A DNA stretch of 64,000 bases, taken from assembly GCA_020632995.1 (NCBI GenBank), contig JACKEN010000001.1:265140-329139 (forward strand), written 5' to 3'. Every line of letters starts with the position of its first letter. Within the stretch, counting starts at the first letter, position 1. Shown here in pieces: positions 17,888-28,600 of the stretch. The notes below the pieces were generated by a model, which saw nothing but the letters and a program-made list of their open reading frames with translations, was not told where the DNA came from and ran no database searches. The position numbers and the translations under genes are program-made. The stretch comes from Deltaproteobacteria bacterium. Lineage in GTDB: Bacteria > Myxococcota > Kuafuiibacteriia > Kuafuiibacteriales > Kuafuiibacteriaceae.

Positions 17888-19162
17888 TTGTCGCGCGCGT
17901 CGCTCCTGGGCTACAGCCCCGGTGCCGTGTTCATCGAAGAGATGCAGTGGCGCGGGCTGGTGAAGCAGCTCTCGCACGAGACCCTGGCCGACCTCATGCG
18001 GGGCGAGAAGATCACCCTGTACAGCGGCTTCGACCCCACCGCGCGGTCGCTGCACGTGGGGAACCTGATGCCGATCATGGGCCTGCGCCGGGCCCAGCTC
18101 CACGGGCACCACCCCATCGCGCTGGTGGGCGGGGCCACCGGCATGATCGGCGACCCGAGCGGCAAGTCCTCGGAGCGCAACCTCCTCACCCCCGAGGTGC
18201 TGGCCGAGAACCAGGCGGGCCTGAAGAGCCAGCTCGAGCGCTTCTTGGACTTCGACCACGCGACCATGGTGAACAACGCCGACTGGATCGGCCCCATGAC
18301 CTTCCTCGAGATGCTGCGCGACGTCGGCAAGCACTTCAGCGTCAACGCCATGATCGCCAAGGACTCGGTGAAGACGCGGCTCGAGGAGCGCGAGCACGGG
18401 ATCTCGTACACCGAGTTCTCGTACATGATCATCCAGGCCTACGACTTCTATCACCTCAACAAGCACAACGGCTGCCGCCTCCAGATCGGCGGGAGCGAGC
18501 AGTGGGGGAACATCACCGCGGGCATCGATCTCACCCGGCGCCTCACCGGGGCCGAGGTCTACGGCATGACCCTGCCGCTCCTCCTCGACGCCTCGGGCAA
18601 GAAGTTTGGCAAGAGCGAGGCGGGGGCGGTGTGGCTCGACGCCGAGCTGACCTCGACCTACGACTTCTACCAGTACTTCGTGCGGGTCGATGACCGCGAC
18701 GTGATCAAGGTGCTGCGGTACCTCACCACCCTCGACCGCGCCACGATCGAGGGGCTCGAGGCGGCCCACGCCGCGGCTCCCCAGGCGCGCGAGGCGCACC
18801 GGGCCCTCGCCCGCTTCATGACCACCCTCGTGCACGGCGAGGCGGCGGCGCTCGAGGCCGAGGCGGCGGCCCAGGCCCTGTTCAGCCACAAGGCCGGGGC
18901 GCTCCCGCCCGGCACGCCGACCCACGCCTTCGCGGAGGGCAAGCTGGCCGCGGGCTGGCCGCTGGTGGAGGCGCTGGTCGAGAGCGGGCTCCTGCCGTCC
19001 AAGGGGGCGGCGCGCCGCGAGATCCAGGGCGGCGGGATCTACGTCAACGACCAGCGGGTGGGCGACGCGGAGCACAAGCTGGGCACCGCCGACCTGCAAG
19101 ACGGCATGATCCGCCTGCGCAAGGGCAAGAAGAGCCACATGGTGCTCCAGCCGGGGGCATAG
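17888..19162 (+). CDS. tyrS: Tyrosyl-tRNA synthetase
   Basis: LYSGFDPTARSLHVGNL is the HIGH motif and KFGKSE is the KMSKS motif. There is a C-terminal S4-like domain. The true start may be the GTG at 17927 or the ATG at 17942. Confidence 0.88.
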   Translation: MSRASLLGYSPGAVFIEEMQWRGLVKQLSHETLADLMRGEKITLYSGFDPTARSLHVGNLMPIMGLRRAQLHGHHPIALVGGATGMIGDPSGKSSERNLLTPEVLAENQAGLKSQLERFLDFDHATMVNNADWIGPMTFLEMLRDVGKHFSVNAMIAKDSVKTRLEEREHGISYTEFSYMIIQAYDFYHLNKHNGCRLQIGGSEQWGNITAGIDLTRRLTGAEVYGMTLPLLLDASGKKFGKSEAGAVWLDAELTSTYDFYQYFVRVDDRDVIKVLRYLTTLDRATIEGLEAAHAAAPQAREAHRALARFMTTLVHGEAAALEAEAAAQALFSHKAGALPPGTPTHAFAEGKLAAGWPLVEALVESGLLPSKGAARREIQGGGIYVNDQRVGDAEHKLGTADLQDGMIRLRKGKKSHMVLQPGA

Positions 19163-19209
19163 CCGCAGGGCACCTTGCGTCACCGGGCGCGCCGCGCGAT
19201 CCTCCGGGG

Positions 19210-20205
19210 GTGCGCGGCCTGGCCGAGCGCGTGCGCTACGTGCACGCCGAGGACGGGCACCGGCTCGGCATCACCGAGCTGGTGGATCCGCACCCGACCG
19301 GGCCCGGCCACCTCCCGGTGCTCCTCGTCCACGGCTTCGCCCAGAACCGGCTCGCCTTCGCCCTCGGGCCGCTCCCGCGGGCGCTCTTGGCCCGCGGCTG
19401 CCGGGTGTTCCTCGGGGAGCTCCGCGGCCACGGGCTGTCCCGCGCCACCGACCCGCGCCTGCGCCGCCACGAGTGGGGGCTCGAGGCGCACCTGCAACTC
19501 GACCTGCCGGCCCTGATCAAGCACGTGCTCGACGAGACAGGCGCCCCGCGCCTGCACTACATGGGGCACTCCATGGGCGGGATGCTCGGCTACGCCGCGC
19601 TCGCCTTCGATCCGCCGCTGGCCTCCCTCACCGGGTGGGCGGCCCCGCTCCTCTTGGGCGCGGGGCGGCCGGTGGTGCGCGTGGCCGCCGCGCTGATCCC
19701 GCCCCTCGTGCGGGCGGGGCGCCCGCCCCGGGTGCCGATGGACCTGTTCCTGGGGGGCCTGGCCCCGCTCCTCAGCGACCCCGACGCCGGGCGCCTCGCG
19801 CGGGCCTTTCAGCGCTACGTGGGGCTGTCCAACCCGCACCGGGCCGCCCCGGCCGACCTCGAGGCGATCCTGGGCGCGGCGGATCCGGAGTCGAGCCTGG
19901 TCTTCCACCAGCTCGCCCGGCTGGCCGGGGACCCGCGCCCGGTGCTCGCGGGGGTCGACATGATCCAGGCGGTGCGCGCCTGGCCGGGGCGCCTCGCCGC
20001 GGTGGTCGGCGCGGCGGACATCTTCGCCGGCCCGAAGAGCGTCGCGCCCCTCGCCGAGCCCGGGCACATCGGGCTGCGCCAGGTGTTCGTGGTCGAGGAG
20101 GGCGCCCACGTGGACGTCACCATGGGCCACCACGTCGAGGACACCACCGCGGCCCTGTGGTCGTTCCTCTCGGTGGACGGCGGACCCGCCGCGGAGCCAG
20201 GGTGA
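19210..20205 (+). CDS. Alpha/beta-fold hydrolase
   Basis: The nucleophile elbow is GHSMGG. HGF lies near the N-terminus. There is a C-terminal His region. The start is a GTG. Confidence 0.7.
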   Translation: MRGLAERVRYVHAEDGHRLGITELVDPHPTGPGHLPVLLVHGFAQNRLAFALGPLPRALLARGCRVFLGELRGHGLSRATDPRLRRHEWGLEAHLQLDLPALIKHVLDETGAPRLHYMGHSMGGMLGYAALAFDPPLASLTGWAAPLLLGAGRPVVRVAAALIPPLVRAGRPPRVPMDLFLGGLAPLLSDPDAGRLARAFQRYVGLSNPHRAAPADLEAILGAADPESSLVFHQLARLAGDPRPVLAGVDMIQAVRAWPGRLAAVVGAADIFAGPKSVAPLAEPGHIGLRQVFVVEEGAHVDVTMGHHVEDTTAALWSFLSVDGGPAAEPG

Positions 20206-20209
20206 GCCC

Positions 20210-20728
20210 ATGCTTGCGTGCGTAGACGTGGACTACCGCCCGAGCGGCGTGGTGGCGGCGGCGCTCGGCTTCGAGGCGTGGGCGGACGACGACGCGCGTG
20301 AGGCGCAGACCTTCCGGAGCGTCGCGCCCCCCGCGCCCTACCAACCCGGGCAGTTCTATCGGCGGGAGCTGCCGTACCTGTTGAACGTGCTCGGGCTGCT
20401 GTCGGCCCCGCCCGATACGGTGATCATCGACGGCTACGTGTGGCTGGCCGACGACGCCCCGGGCCTCGGCGCGCACCTGTTCGAGGCGCTGCAGGGCGGG
20501 GCGCGGGTGGTCGGGGTGGCCAAGCGCCCCTTCCGCGGCGCGACCAACGCGGTGCCGGTGCTGCGGGGGGGCAGCCAGGTCCCGCTCTACGTCACCGCCG
20601 CGGGCATGCCGGTAGACGAGGCGGCCCGCGGGGTGGCGGCGATGCACGGCGCCCACCGCCTCCCGACCCTGCTGAAGCGGGTGGATCGCCTCTGCCGCGA
20701 CACCCCGCTCGGGGTGGGCGCCACGTGA
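20210..20728 (+). CDS. nfi: Endonuclease V (deoxyinosine 3'-endonuclease)
   Basis: CVDVDY...YQPGQFYRRELPYLL...IDGYVW match the Endo V motifs DVxY and Y-PG-L-FRE-P. The start overlaps the upstream stop. Confidence 0.75.
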   Translation: MLACVDVDYRPSGVVAAALGFEAWADDDAREAQTFRSVAPPAPYQPGQFYRRELPYLLNVLGLLSAPPDTVIIDGYVWLADDAPGLGAHLFEALQGGARVVGVAKRPFRGATNAVPVLRGGSQVPLYVTAAGMPVDEAARGVAAMHGAHRLPTLLKRVDRLCRDTPLGVGAT

Positions 20729-20751
20729 TCCTGGGGAGTTGGGCTTTTGTT

Positions 20752-20780
20752 TGTTGACAGCCGGCCTGGGTGAGAATAGA
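20752..20780 (+). promoter_or_regulatory. Candidate sigma-70-type promoter for tRNA-Leu. The -35 is TTGACA and an A/T-rich -10-like GAGAATAGA lies about 15-17 nt downstream.
   Basis: A perfect TTGACA hexamer sits at 20752-20757, about 38 nt upstream of the tRNA 5' end. The -10 assignment is ambiguous. Confidence 0.35.
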
Positions 20781-20794
20781 CATCCCGCCACCCC

Positions 20795-20879
<85 letters not shown>

Positions 20880-20889
20880 TCGGGTCTTG

Positions 20890-20931
20890 AAAAGCCCGGC
20901 CTCCAAAGCGGAGGCCGGGCTTTTCGCTTTT
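20890..20931 (+). terminator. Rho-independent terminator after tRNA-Leu
   Basis: The GC-rich stem GCCCGGCCTCC / GGAGGCCGGGC has loop AAAGC. It is flanked by AAAA and followed by TTTTCGCTTTT. Confidence 0.8.
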
Positions 20932-20975
20932 GGGCCCCTCGAGACCGCCGGGTATACTGACCGCCGGTCCTTGCG

Positions 20976-22730
20976 ATGAGCGACGCCCAGGTCGAGGCCG
21001 GTCCGGACTCCGGCGCCCATCATCGCCGCCTCGGGCCCTACACCGTCCTCGAGAAGCTGCCGCCCTACGGGATGGTCCAGCCGTACGTGGTGCGCCGCGA
21101 CGGCGGGGTCGACCTGTTGATCCTGAAGCGGCTCCTCCTCGAGCTGTCCTCCAACCCCACCGCGCGCAGCCGCTTCCAGCGCGAGGCGGTGATCGCCCAG
21201 CACCTCAGGCACCCCAACGTGGTCACCGCCCAGGCGGTGGGCGAGGACCACGACGTCTTCTACCTCGTCACCGAGTGGGTGCGCGGGGTGTCGCTCCACG
21301 CGGTGCAAGAACGCTTGCAGGGGCGCCCCCTCCCGCTCCCGGTGTTCCGCCGGGTGGCCCTCGGGGTGCTCGACGGCATCGGCTACGCCCACGCCGCCAC
21401 CACCCGCGAGGGGCTGCCCCTCGACGTGGTGCACCGGGACCTCGCGCCCCGGAGCATCCTCCTGAGCTTCTCGGGTGAGGTGAAGATCATCGACTTCGGG
21501 GTGGCGCGGGCCCGGGTCGACGACTTCAAGACGAGCCCCGGGATGGCGGTAGGCTCGGTGCCGTACTTCTCGCCCGAGCAGGCCCAGGGCAGGGCGCTCG
21601 ACCGCCGCAGCGACCTCTACACGCTCGGGGTGGTCTTCTACGAGCTCCTGACCGGCCGCCCGGTGGTGCGGGAGGACGCGCTGCTCCCCATGCTCCGGGC
21701 GGTGGTGGGTGAGGAGCCCGCGCCGCTGGCCAGCCTGCGCCCCGATCTGCCCCCGGCCCTCGTGCAGGCCATCCAGCGGGCCATGGCCAAGGAGCCCGAG
21801 GAGCGGTGGGCCGACGCGGTAGCCCTGCGCGCCGCGATGGCCGCGAGCTTGCCGCCCGGTCGAGACGATCACGAGGAGGTCTCCCGCTTCGTCCGGCAGC
21901 TGTTCCCCGATCGCGAGGCCGAGACCATCGCGCTGGTGGACCGGATCCGCGAGGTGGGCGCGAGCCTGCCCTCCCCGGTGATGCCGGTGGCGCTGGCGGA
22001 GCCGGAGCGGGAGCGGCTCACCCAGGTGGTGCGCAGCCGGCGCCGGATCGCGGAGGAGCCCCCGGAGCCGTCGGTGATGACGATGCCCGGCGTTCCGGTG
22101 CCCGCCCGCCCCGAGGCGCCCACCGCGGTGGTGGTCAAGCCGCCCGCCCGCGGGCTCAGGACCGGGGTGGTGGTGGGTGCAGGCCTGCTTGCGCTCAGCT
22201 TCCTCGGCGCCGCGCTGTGGGCCACCCTGCGCTCGAGCGAGCCCGGCCCGGCGCCAGCGGCGGCGCCCCAGGAGGCCGCCGCCCCCGCGATCGAGCCCGC
22301 GGTGTCGGTCTCACCCGCTGCGGCCACCGAGGCCGCGGCGCCGATCGAAGTGCCCGTCCCTGCGCCGGCCTCCGCCCGGCCGGCGGCGCCCCCGCGCCCG
22401 GAGCCACGTCGTACTGCGAGCCCGCCGCCCCGCGCCCCGGACCCGAGCCGCGCGGTAGAGGCGCCCGCCCCGCCGCCTGCCTCGCCCCCCGCGGCGTCGT
22501 CGGAGGACGCCGGGCTCCACGCCATTCGCCAGGCGCTGCGGGTCCTCCGGCGCGATCCCAGGGACGTGATGACGTTCGAGCGCACCCTGGCCGCCCTCCG
22601 CCAGCAGGCGCGGGCCCTGGGCGCGGCGGACGCCCGCGCGGTGGGGGCCCACCTCGACGCGGCGGAGCGCTCCTTCGACGTCGACGAGCTGGTGAAGGCC
22701 TTCGAGCGGGTCCAGCAGTCGAAGCGGTAG
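20976..22730 (+). CDS. Ser/Thr protein kinase with a Pro/Ala-rich C-terminal region and a single TM segment
   Basis: HRDLAPRSILL is the catalytic loop. IIDFGVAR is the DFG motif. SPEQ and DLYTLGVVFYELLTG follow. Confidence 0.85.
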   Translation: MSDAQVEAGPDSGAHHRRLGPYTVLEKLPPYGMVQPYVVRRDGGVDLLILKRLLLELSSNPTARSRFQREAVIAQHLRHPNVVTAQAVGEDHDVFYLVTEWVRGVSLHAVQERLQGRPLPLPVFRRVALGVLDGIGYAHAATTREGLPLDVVHRDLAPRSILLSFSGEVKIIDFGVARARVDDFKTSPGMAVGSVPYFSPEQAQGRALDRRSDLYTLGVVFYELLTGRPVVREDALLPMLRAVVGEEPAPLASLRPDLPPALVQAIQRAMAKEPEERWADAVALRAAMAASLPPGRDDHEEVSRFVRQLFPDREAETIALVDRIREVGASLPSPVMPVALAEPERERLTQVVRSRRRIAEEPPEPSVMTMPGVPVPARPEAPTAVVVKPPARGLRTGVVVGAGLLALSFLGAALWATLRSSEPGPAPAAAPQEAAAPAIEPAVSVSPAAATEAAAPIEVPVPAPASARPAAPPRPEPRRTASPPPRAPDPSRAVEAPAPPPASPPAASSEDAGLHAIRQALRVLRRDPRDVMTFERTLAALRQQARALGAADARAVGAHLDAAERSFDVDELVKAFERVQQSKR

Positions 22731-22812
22731 TCAGGGCCGCAAGGCCAAGCGAAGCGCGCAGCGGTGGCGAAGCACCGCGAAGAGGGGTGGGACGGCTCCG
22801 CCGGCCCGGGCA

Positions 22813-24081
22813 CTAGGGCCCGGCGACGGCGGCGCTGACGCCGTAGGCGGTCGCGCCCACCACCGCGCCGATCAGCCACGGGATCCACGGCAGCTCATTG
22901 GCCTCGGTGAGGAGCGCGCCCGCGCCCCACGCCGCGCCCGCGCCGGCGAGGCTGTAGCCGAGGGGCACCACCGCCACGCCGCTCGGGTTGACCGCGGTCG
23001 GGGCGGTGGAGGCCTGGCTGGGGTCGTAGCCGAAGCTCACGAAGCGCTTGCCGTCCTGGCAGCCGTCGGTCCCCTCGAAGCAGGACGTGCGGAGCCCGGG
23101 GTCCGGCCTCGTCGCGCCGTAGGCCACCAGGCCCACCCCGGCCGCGGCCACCGCGACCCCGGTCCAGAGGGTCAGCTGGCGCGGGAGATCGGAGCGCACG
23201 TTCGGCCGCGTCGCGAGCTCGGGCGAGATCAGGGTCGTCTCGCCGCGCTGCACCCGGACCTCGCTCGTGTAGGGGAGGCGGTCCGGGTGCTCCAGGCGCA
23301 GGGCGTGTTGACCGGGGCGGACCTTCTCGACCCGCGTCAACCCCGCTTGCGTCACGCCGAGGGGCTTGTCGTCGAGCAGGATGGTGGCGCCCGACACCGA
23401 GGTGGTGAGGTCGAGCGTGCCGTAGGGCTCCCAGTTGCCGGTGCTCTTGAAGGCGCGCAGGAAGTCGTCGGTGAACAGCTTCGTCAGGAACGTCTCGGCC
23501 TCGTCCGGGCTGGAGACCTGGGCCCGGGCGGGGGCCGCCACCACCGCGCCGCTGTTGAGGCGGGCCTCCGCCGCGTCCTCCCAGTCGGCCTGGTCGCGGG
23601 GGGCCTCGTGGAGCACCGCGAGGGCGAGGTCGGTGTTCACCAGCACCGCCGACATGCGGTCGGCCTGGCCGGAGAGGGTGACGTTGGAGACCACCAGGAG
23701 GTAGCGCGGGTAGATCTGCCCGCTCTGGCGGAGGCGCCGGACGTGCTCCCGGTAGGGGATGGGGCGGTTGCGGTCGTCCAGCAGATCGGAGCGCTGGTAG
23801 TCGCGCCGGGTCTTGAGGGTCAGGCAGCCGAGGCGCCCGCGGCACTCCGTCATGAGGCCGGGATCGAGGATCTGGACGTCGAAGTCGGTGTAGCGCCGGG
23901 CGAGGTTCGAGACGATGCGGATCAGCTCCGAGCTGCTGGTGCGGCCCACCTCGCCGGTGGGGGTGCCGAGGAGGAACGCGAAGGGCACCCGCTCCTGCAT
24001 CACGATGACCTGGGCCGGGTCCTGGGCCAAAGCAGGAGAGCTTGCCAGGACCAGCACCGCGGACAGCCACCCCACGCGCAC
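22813..24081 (-). CDS. Secreted hypothetical protein with a PEGA-like beta-sandwich segment and a C-terminal Gly/Ala-rich TM anchor
   Basis: The signal is MRVGWLSAVLVLASSPALAQ. GATILLDDKPLGVTQ...RPGQHALRLEHPDRLPYTSEVRV resembles a PEGA domain. The C-terminus is hydrophobic. Confidence 0.45.
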   Translation of the reverse strand: MRVGWLSAVLVLASSPALAQDPAQVIVMQERVPFAFLLGTPTGEVGRTSSSELIRIVSNLARRYTDFDVQILDPGLMTECRGRLGCLTLKTRRDYQRSDLLDDRNRPIPYREHVRRLRQSGQIYPRYLLVVSNVTLSGQADRMSAVLVNTDLALAVLHEAPRDQADWEDAAEARLNSGAVVAAPARAQVSSPDEAETFLTKLFTDDFLRAFKSTGNWEPYGTLDLTTSVSGATILLDDKPLGVTQAGLTRVEKVRPGQHALRLEHPDRLPYTSEVRVQRGETTLISPELATRPNVRSDLPRQLTLWTGVAVAAAGVGLVAYGATRPDPGLRTSCFEGTDGCQDGKRFVSFGYDPSQASTAPTAVNPSGVAVVPLGYSLAGAGAAWGAGALLTEANELPWIPWLIGAVVGATAYGVSAAVAGP

Positions 24082-24146
24082 GCCCGGACTCTAGCAGCGC
24101 CCGGGCCCCCGGGCCACGGGCGGTCTGTCTGTGGCATCATCCGGCG

Positions 24147-25658
24147 GTGGCGCGGCCCGACGCGGACATCATCGTGGTGGGGGCGGGCCCCGCCGGGAGC
24201 GCGGCGGCGGCCCGGCTGGCCGCCTTCGGGCACCGGGTCCTGATCCTGGAGCGGGCGCGCTTCCCGCGGCCGCGCATCGGGGAGTCCCTGCCCCCCAAGG
24301 TGGACGACCTCCTCCAGGTCCTCGGGGCGGCCGAGGCGGTGGCAGCGGCCGGCTTCGCCCGGATGCGGGGCACCGTGGTGGCCCGGGGCGGGGACGAGGC
24401 GCCCCTGTTCCACCCCTTCGATCCGGCGGGGGGCCGCCGCGGCTACCAGGTGGAGCGGGGGCGCTTCGACAGCCTGCTGCTGGAGCGGGCCCGGGCGCTG
24501 GGGGCCGAGGTGCGGGCCGCGGCGGCGGCGGAGCTCGGGTGGGCCGGCCCGCTTCGGCAGGTCAGCTTGCGCGAGGGTGGGGCCCTCACCGCGCGCTTCG
24601 TGGTCGACGCGAGCGGGGCGGCGGGGTGGGGGGCCCGGGCCCTGGGCCTGCGCAGCAAGGAGCCGGTGCGGACGGTGGCCCTGGCCGGGTACTGGGCGGG
24701 GTGCCGCCTCCCGGAGCTGCGCTCCGCTGGCGTAGTCGAGGCCACCGCGACCTTCTTCGAGATGCTCCCCGACGGGTGGATCTGGTCGGTGCTCCGGCAG
24801 GATGGCTTGCGGAACGTCACCCTCGGTCTCGACGCGGGCCGGGTGAAGGACCCGGAGGTCCTGCCGCTCGAGCTGTACCTCGACACGGTGCGCGCCTCCG
24901 CCCTCGTCGGGCCGATGCTCGGGCCGGCCCGGCTCGAGGGCGGGCTGTCGGCCCACGACGCCACCTGGACCCGGGCCGAGCGCTTCGTGGCCGACGGGAT
25001 CCTGTTCGCGGGCGACGCCGCCGCCACCATCGACCCCCTGACCTCGCAGGGGGTGTTCAAGGCGATGAGGTCCGGCATCGTGGCCGCCTCGGTGGTCAAC
25101 ACCGTCCTCGCGCGGCCCGAAGACGCGGCGCTCGCCCTCGAGCACTACGCCGAGGCCGAGGCCGACCTGGTGGCCCACTACGACGCGGTCGCGCGCAGCT
25201 TCTACCGGGCCGCGCCGTACGCCGACGCGCCGTTCTGGCGGGCCCGCACCCGCGACGGGGGGCCCGACGGCGGCGCGCCGGACGCGGACGCCGGTCGCGC
25301 CCGGCGGGAGGCGCTCGAGGCCCTGGCGCGGCACGTGGGCGGGCAGCGCCTGCACCTGACCGCGGCGCCGGGCCTGGCCCTCGAGGTGAGGGCGGTGGTG
25401 CGAGGGGCCTTCGTGGTGCGGGCGCGGGTGGCGGTGTTCGAGGGGCGGGTGGTGGACGTGGCGGGGCTGGATCCGCAAGCCCTCCTGCCGCTCCTCGACG
25501 ACCGCCCGATGGCCAGCGTGTTCGACCGCTACGCGGCGGCGGTGGGGCAGGGGCCCTCGGCCCAGCTGGGCCGCCAGCTCATGAGCGGGCTCCTGGCCCT
25601 GGCCGAGCGCGGCGCGCTCACGACGCGCGAGGCGACGCCCCCTGGGCCAGGGCGTTGA
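24147..25658 (+). CDS. FAD-dependent oxidoreductase (flavin-dependent halogenase or geranylgeranyl-reductase-like family)
   Basis: DIIVVGAGPAGSAAAARLA...ILER is the Rossmann FAD-binding motif. FAGDAAATIDPLTSQG is the GD motif. A GTG start at 24147 is proposed. The upstream part of the track ORF is non-coding. Confidence 0.7.
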   Translation: MARPDADIIVVGAGPAGSAAAARLAAFGHRVLILERARFPRPRIGESLPPKVDDLLQVLGAAEAVAAAGFARMRGTVVARGGDEAPLFHPFDPAGGRRGYQVERGRFDSLLLERARALGAEVRAAAAAELGWAGPLRQVSLREGGALTARFVVDASGAAGWGARALGLRSKEPVRTVALAGYWAGCRLPELRSAGVVEATATFFEMLPDGWIWSVLRQDGLRNVTLGLDAGRVKDPEVLPLELYLDTVRASALVGPMLGPARLEGGLSAHDATWTRAERFVADGILFAGDAAATIDPLTSQGVFKAMRSGIVAASVVNTVLARPEDAALALEHYAEAEADLVAHYDAVARSFYRAAPYADAPFWRARTRDGGPDGGAPDADAGRARREALEALARHVGGQRLHLTAAPGLALEVRAVVRGAFVVRARVAVFEGRVVDVAGLDPQALLPLLDDRPMASVFDRYAAAVGQGPSAQLGRQLMSGLLALAERGALTTREATPPGPGR

Positions 25659-28600
25659 GCTTCAACAGCTCGATGAGCTCCAATAGCGGCCGGCCCAGGG
25701 CGCGGACCTCTTCCAGGTTCCGGGCCGAGGTGTGCACGAGCGGCACGAGCGAGGCCTCGAGCGCGGCGAGCTGGCGCGTCAAGATGTCTTGCAGCTCCTT
25801 CGGCGCCTCGGTCTTCAGCGCCACGCTGAGCTTGGGCTGGGCGAGGGCCTGCACCGCCTTGTCCAGGCGCTCGAGGTGCGGCACCAGCCACGCCTGCCCC
25901 TCGCCGGCCCGGGCCGCCTCGACCGCCGCCTGCTCTTGGGCCTGTGCCACCGCGGCCTCGATGCGACCCTTGATGCCCTCGAGCTGCTCGCCGAGCGCGC
26001 CGAGGGTCGAGGTCATCCGGGTCACCGGATCGTCGTCCCCGCCCCCCTGTACCTGGAGCCGCCGGAAGTCCTTCTTGATCTGGTCCCAGCGCGCCGTCTC
26101 GGCCGCGGTCATGATCTTGCGCAGCTCGGCCAGCTTCAAGAGGTTCGCCTCCGCCCCCGAGGTGAGGGTCTGGGACTCGCCCTGGTAGTGGTCGGTGACC
26201 AGGCGCTGCAGCTCCTCGTCGTTCATCGCCGCCACCGTCTTCTCGGCCAGCTTGTTCATGTTGCGGTACGAGCCCTGGAGCTGGAACCGCGGCTCGGTCC
26301 GGAAGCGATCGTCCTGCGACGCGCTCTGGATGTACTGCAGGTTCACCTTCAGCAGGACGTCCTGCACCTTGAACAGGCGCTGGAGCACCTGGGTGATCTC
26401 CTCGATCTCCACCCCCGAGTAGCTGTGCTGGAACTCGGTCTGGGGCACCTCGTCGCCCCGCGCCATCTTGATGAACAGGTGCATGTCCGGGAGCGAGCGG
26501 GCCGCCACCGGGGCGAGGGCGGGGTTCGAGGTGAGGGCGTTCTCGATGTACGAGAGCGCGAAGACCTCATCCTTGCCCTCCAGGATGTCGCCGAGGTTGT
26601 AGGTGTCGGCGCGGTTCGCGAGCATGTCCGGGATCTGGAACTTCTCGCCCGACTCCGTATACGGGTTGCCCGCCATCACCACGCAGAACTTCTTGCCCCG
26701 CAGGTCATAGGTGCGCGTCCGCCCGTTCCACACGCCCTCGACTCGGCGCTGCGCGTCGCACAGCGAGATGAACTTCTGCAGGAACTCCGGGTTCGTGTGC
26801 TGGATGTCGTCGAGGTAGAGCATGACGTTGTTCGCCATCTCGAAGGCCAGGTTGACCTTCTCGACCTCCTGCCGCGCGGTCGCGTTGGGCGCCTCCGCCG
26901 GGTCGAGCGAGAGCACCTGGTGCCCGAGCGAGGGGCCGTTCACCTTCATGAACACCATGCCCAGGCGGCTCGCCATGTACTCCATCAGCGTGGTCTTGCC
27001 GTAGCCGGGCGGCGAGACGAGCAGGAGCAGACCCATCAGGTCGGTGCGCTTGTTCTCGCCCGCCGCGCCCAGCTGCTTGGCGAGGTTGTCGCCGATCATC
27101 GGCAGGTACACGTCGTTGATCAGCCGGTTGCGGACGAAGCTGGTGAGCACCCGGGGCTTGAACTCGTCCAGGCGCAGCCGGCTCCGCTCGCGCTCGAGCA
27201 CCGCGTGCCGCGCCTCCCGGAACGCCGCGTAGCCCGGCACCCGGACCTCGATGTAGCGGGTGAGCCGCGACAGGAACTCGTCGAGGCGCAGGTCGAGGAC
27301 CCGGCTCTGGACGCGAGGGTGCTGGCCAAGCAGGTCGGTGACCTGGGCCCGGGTGAGGGCCGCGCTCTCGGTGCGGGGCAGGTCCGGGGTCAGCAGGAGC
27401 ACCGCGGCCTCGACGAGGGCGGGCCGGAGCGCCGCCACCTCGTCCGCGTGCACGTTGTCGAGGAAGGCCAGGGTCCAGGCCCGCGCAAGCTCCAGCCGCT
27501 CCTTCACCGACTCCGCGAGGGCCGACAGGTCCTCCTCGAACGCGGCCCGGGACTGCTCGAGCTCGAGGTGCTCGAGCAAGGCAGCCTTCAAGCGCACCGC
27601 GTCGAGGCCGGTGGTGAAGCTGGGACGCTCCGCCACCAGCTCCTCCATCAGGTAGCGCCCGGCCATGCGCGCGTCCGCGGCGAGGTGATCGATGCCCTCG
27701 GCGGCGAGGAACGCGGCCACCGCGGCGCCCAGGTCCTGGGCCAGCGCCTCCTCGGCCTGGCTGTAGCGGAACGCCTTCCTCAGGCGCCCCAGCGACTGGG
27801 CGCGGCGCTGGAAGACCGCCCGGGCCTCCTTGTCGGTGAACCGGGCCCAGAACAGGCACGCCCACGCCCGAGGAGTGGGGGCGAAGCGGAGCAGGCCCGC
27901 GCTCTGCCGGATCGCGAGCAGGCGCTCCAGGATCCGGGCGGCGTCCGCGTCGTGCAGGCCCCGCTCGTAGCCCTCGTCGTAGCGGTCCGCCGCGTAGGCG
28001 CGGACCTTCTGCAACAGGCCCTGCTCGTCCCGCGCCGACTCGAGGAGGTCGGGCATGGTCAGGCCCTTCGCCCCGCGCTCGGCGTCGAACAGGATCGAGG
28101 CGGCGAGGTACTCACCCCGGTAGACCTCGTCGGTCTCGGAGACCAGCTGCTGCTGCCAGTACTCCTTGGTGGCGCCGAAGGCCTCGTCGGTGATCTTCTC
28201 GAAGAAGTCGGTGCCGGTGAGGTGGAGGTACATGTCCTCGTCCCGCGGCACCATGGTGAGCTCGAAGCTCTGGGTGTTGACCGTGAAGCGGTGGCGCCCC
28301 AGCTTGATGACGTTGTCGCCGCCCTCGAAGAGGTCCTGCTTGTCACGCAGGTTGCGGACCGCGTCCTGGCGCGCGCTCTTCACCCGCGCCTCGATGTCGT
28401 CGGCCTTGACGGTGTCGCCCAGGGCCCTGAGCTGCTCCACCAGCTGGCGGAGCTTCATCACCATCGGGTCGCTCGCGAAGTACGCGTTCAGCTCGTCGTC
28501 GGTCTTGAAGGTGCGGGTGCGGCGCTGCACGCCCTCCAGGATCCGGGTGGCGGCGCTGCCGAGGTTGGCGGCGCGGCGCTGCCGCTCGTCCATGAGCTGC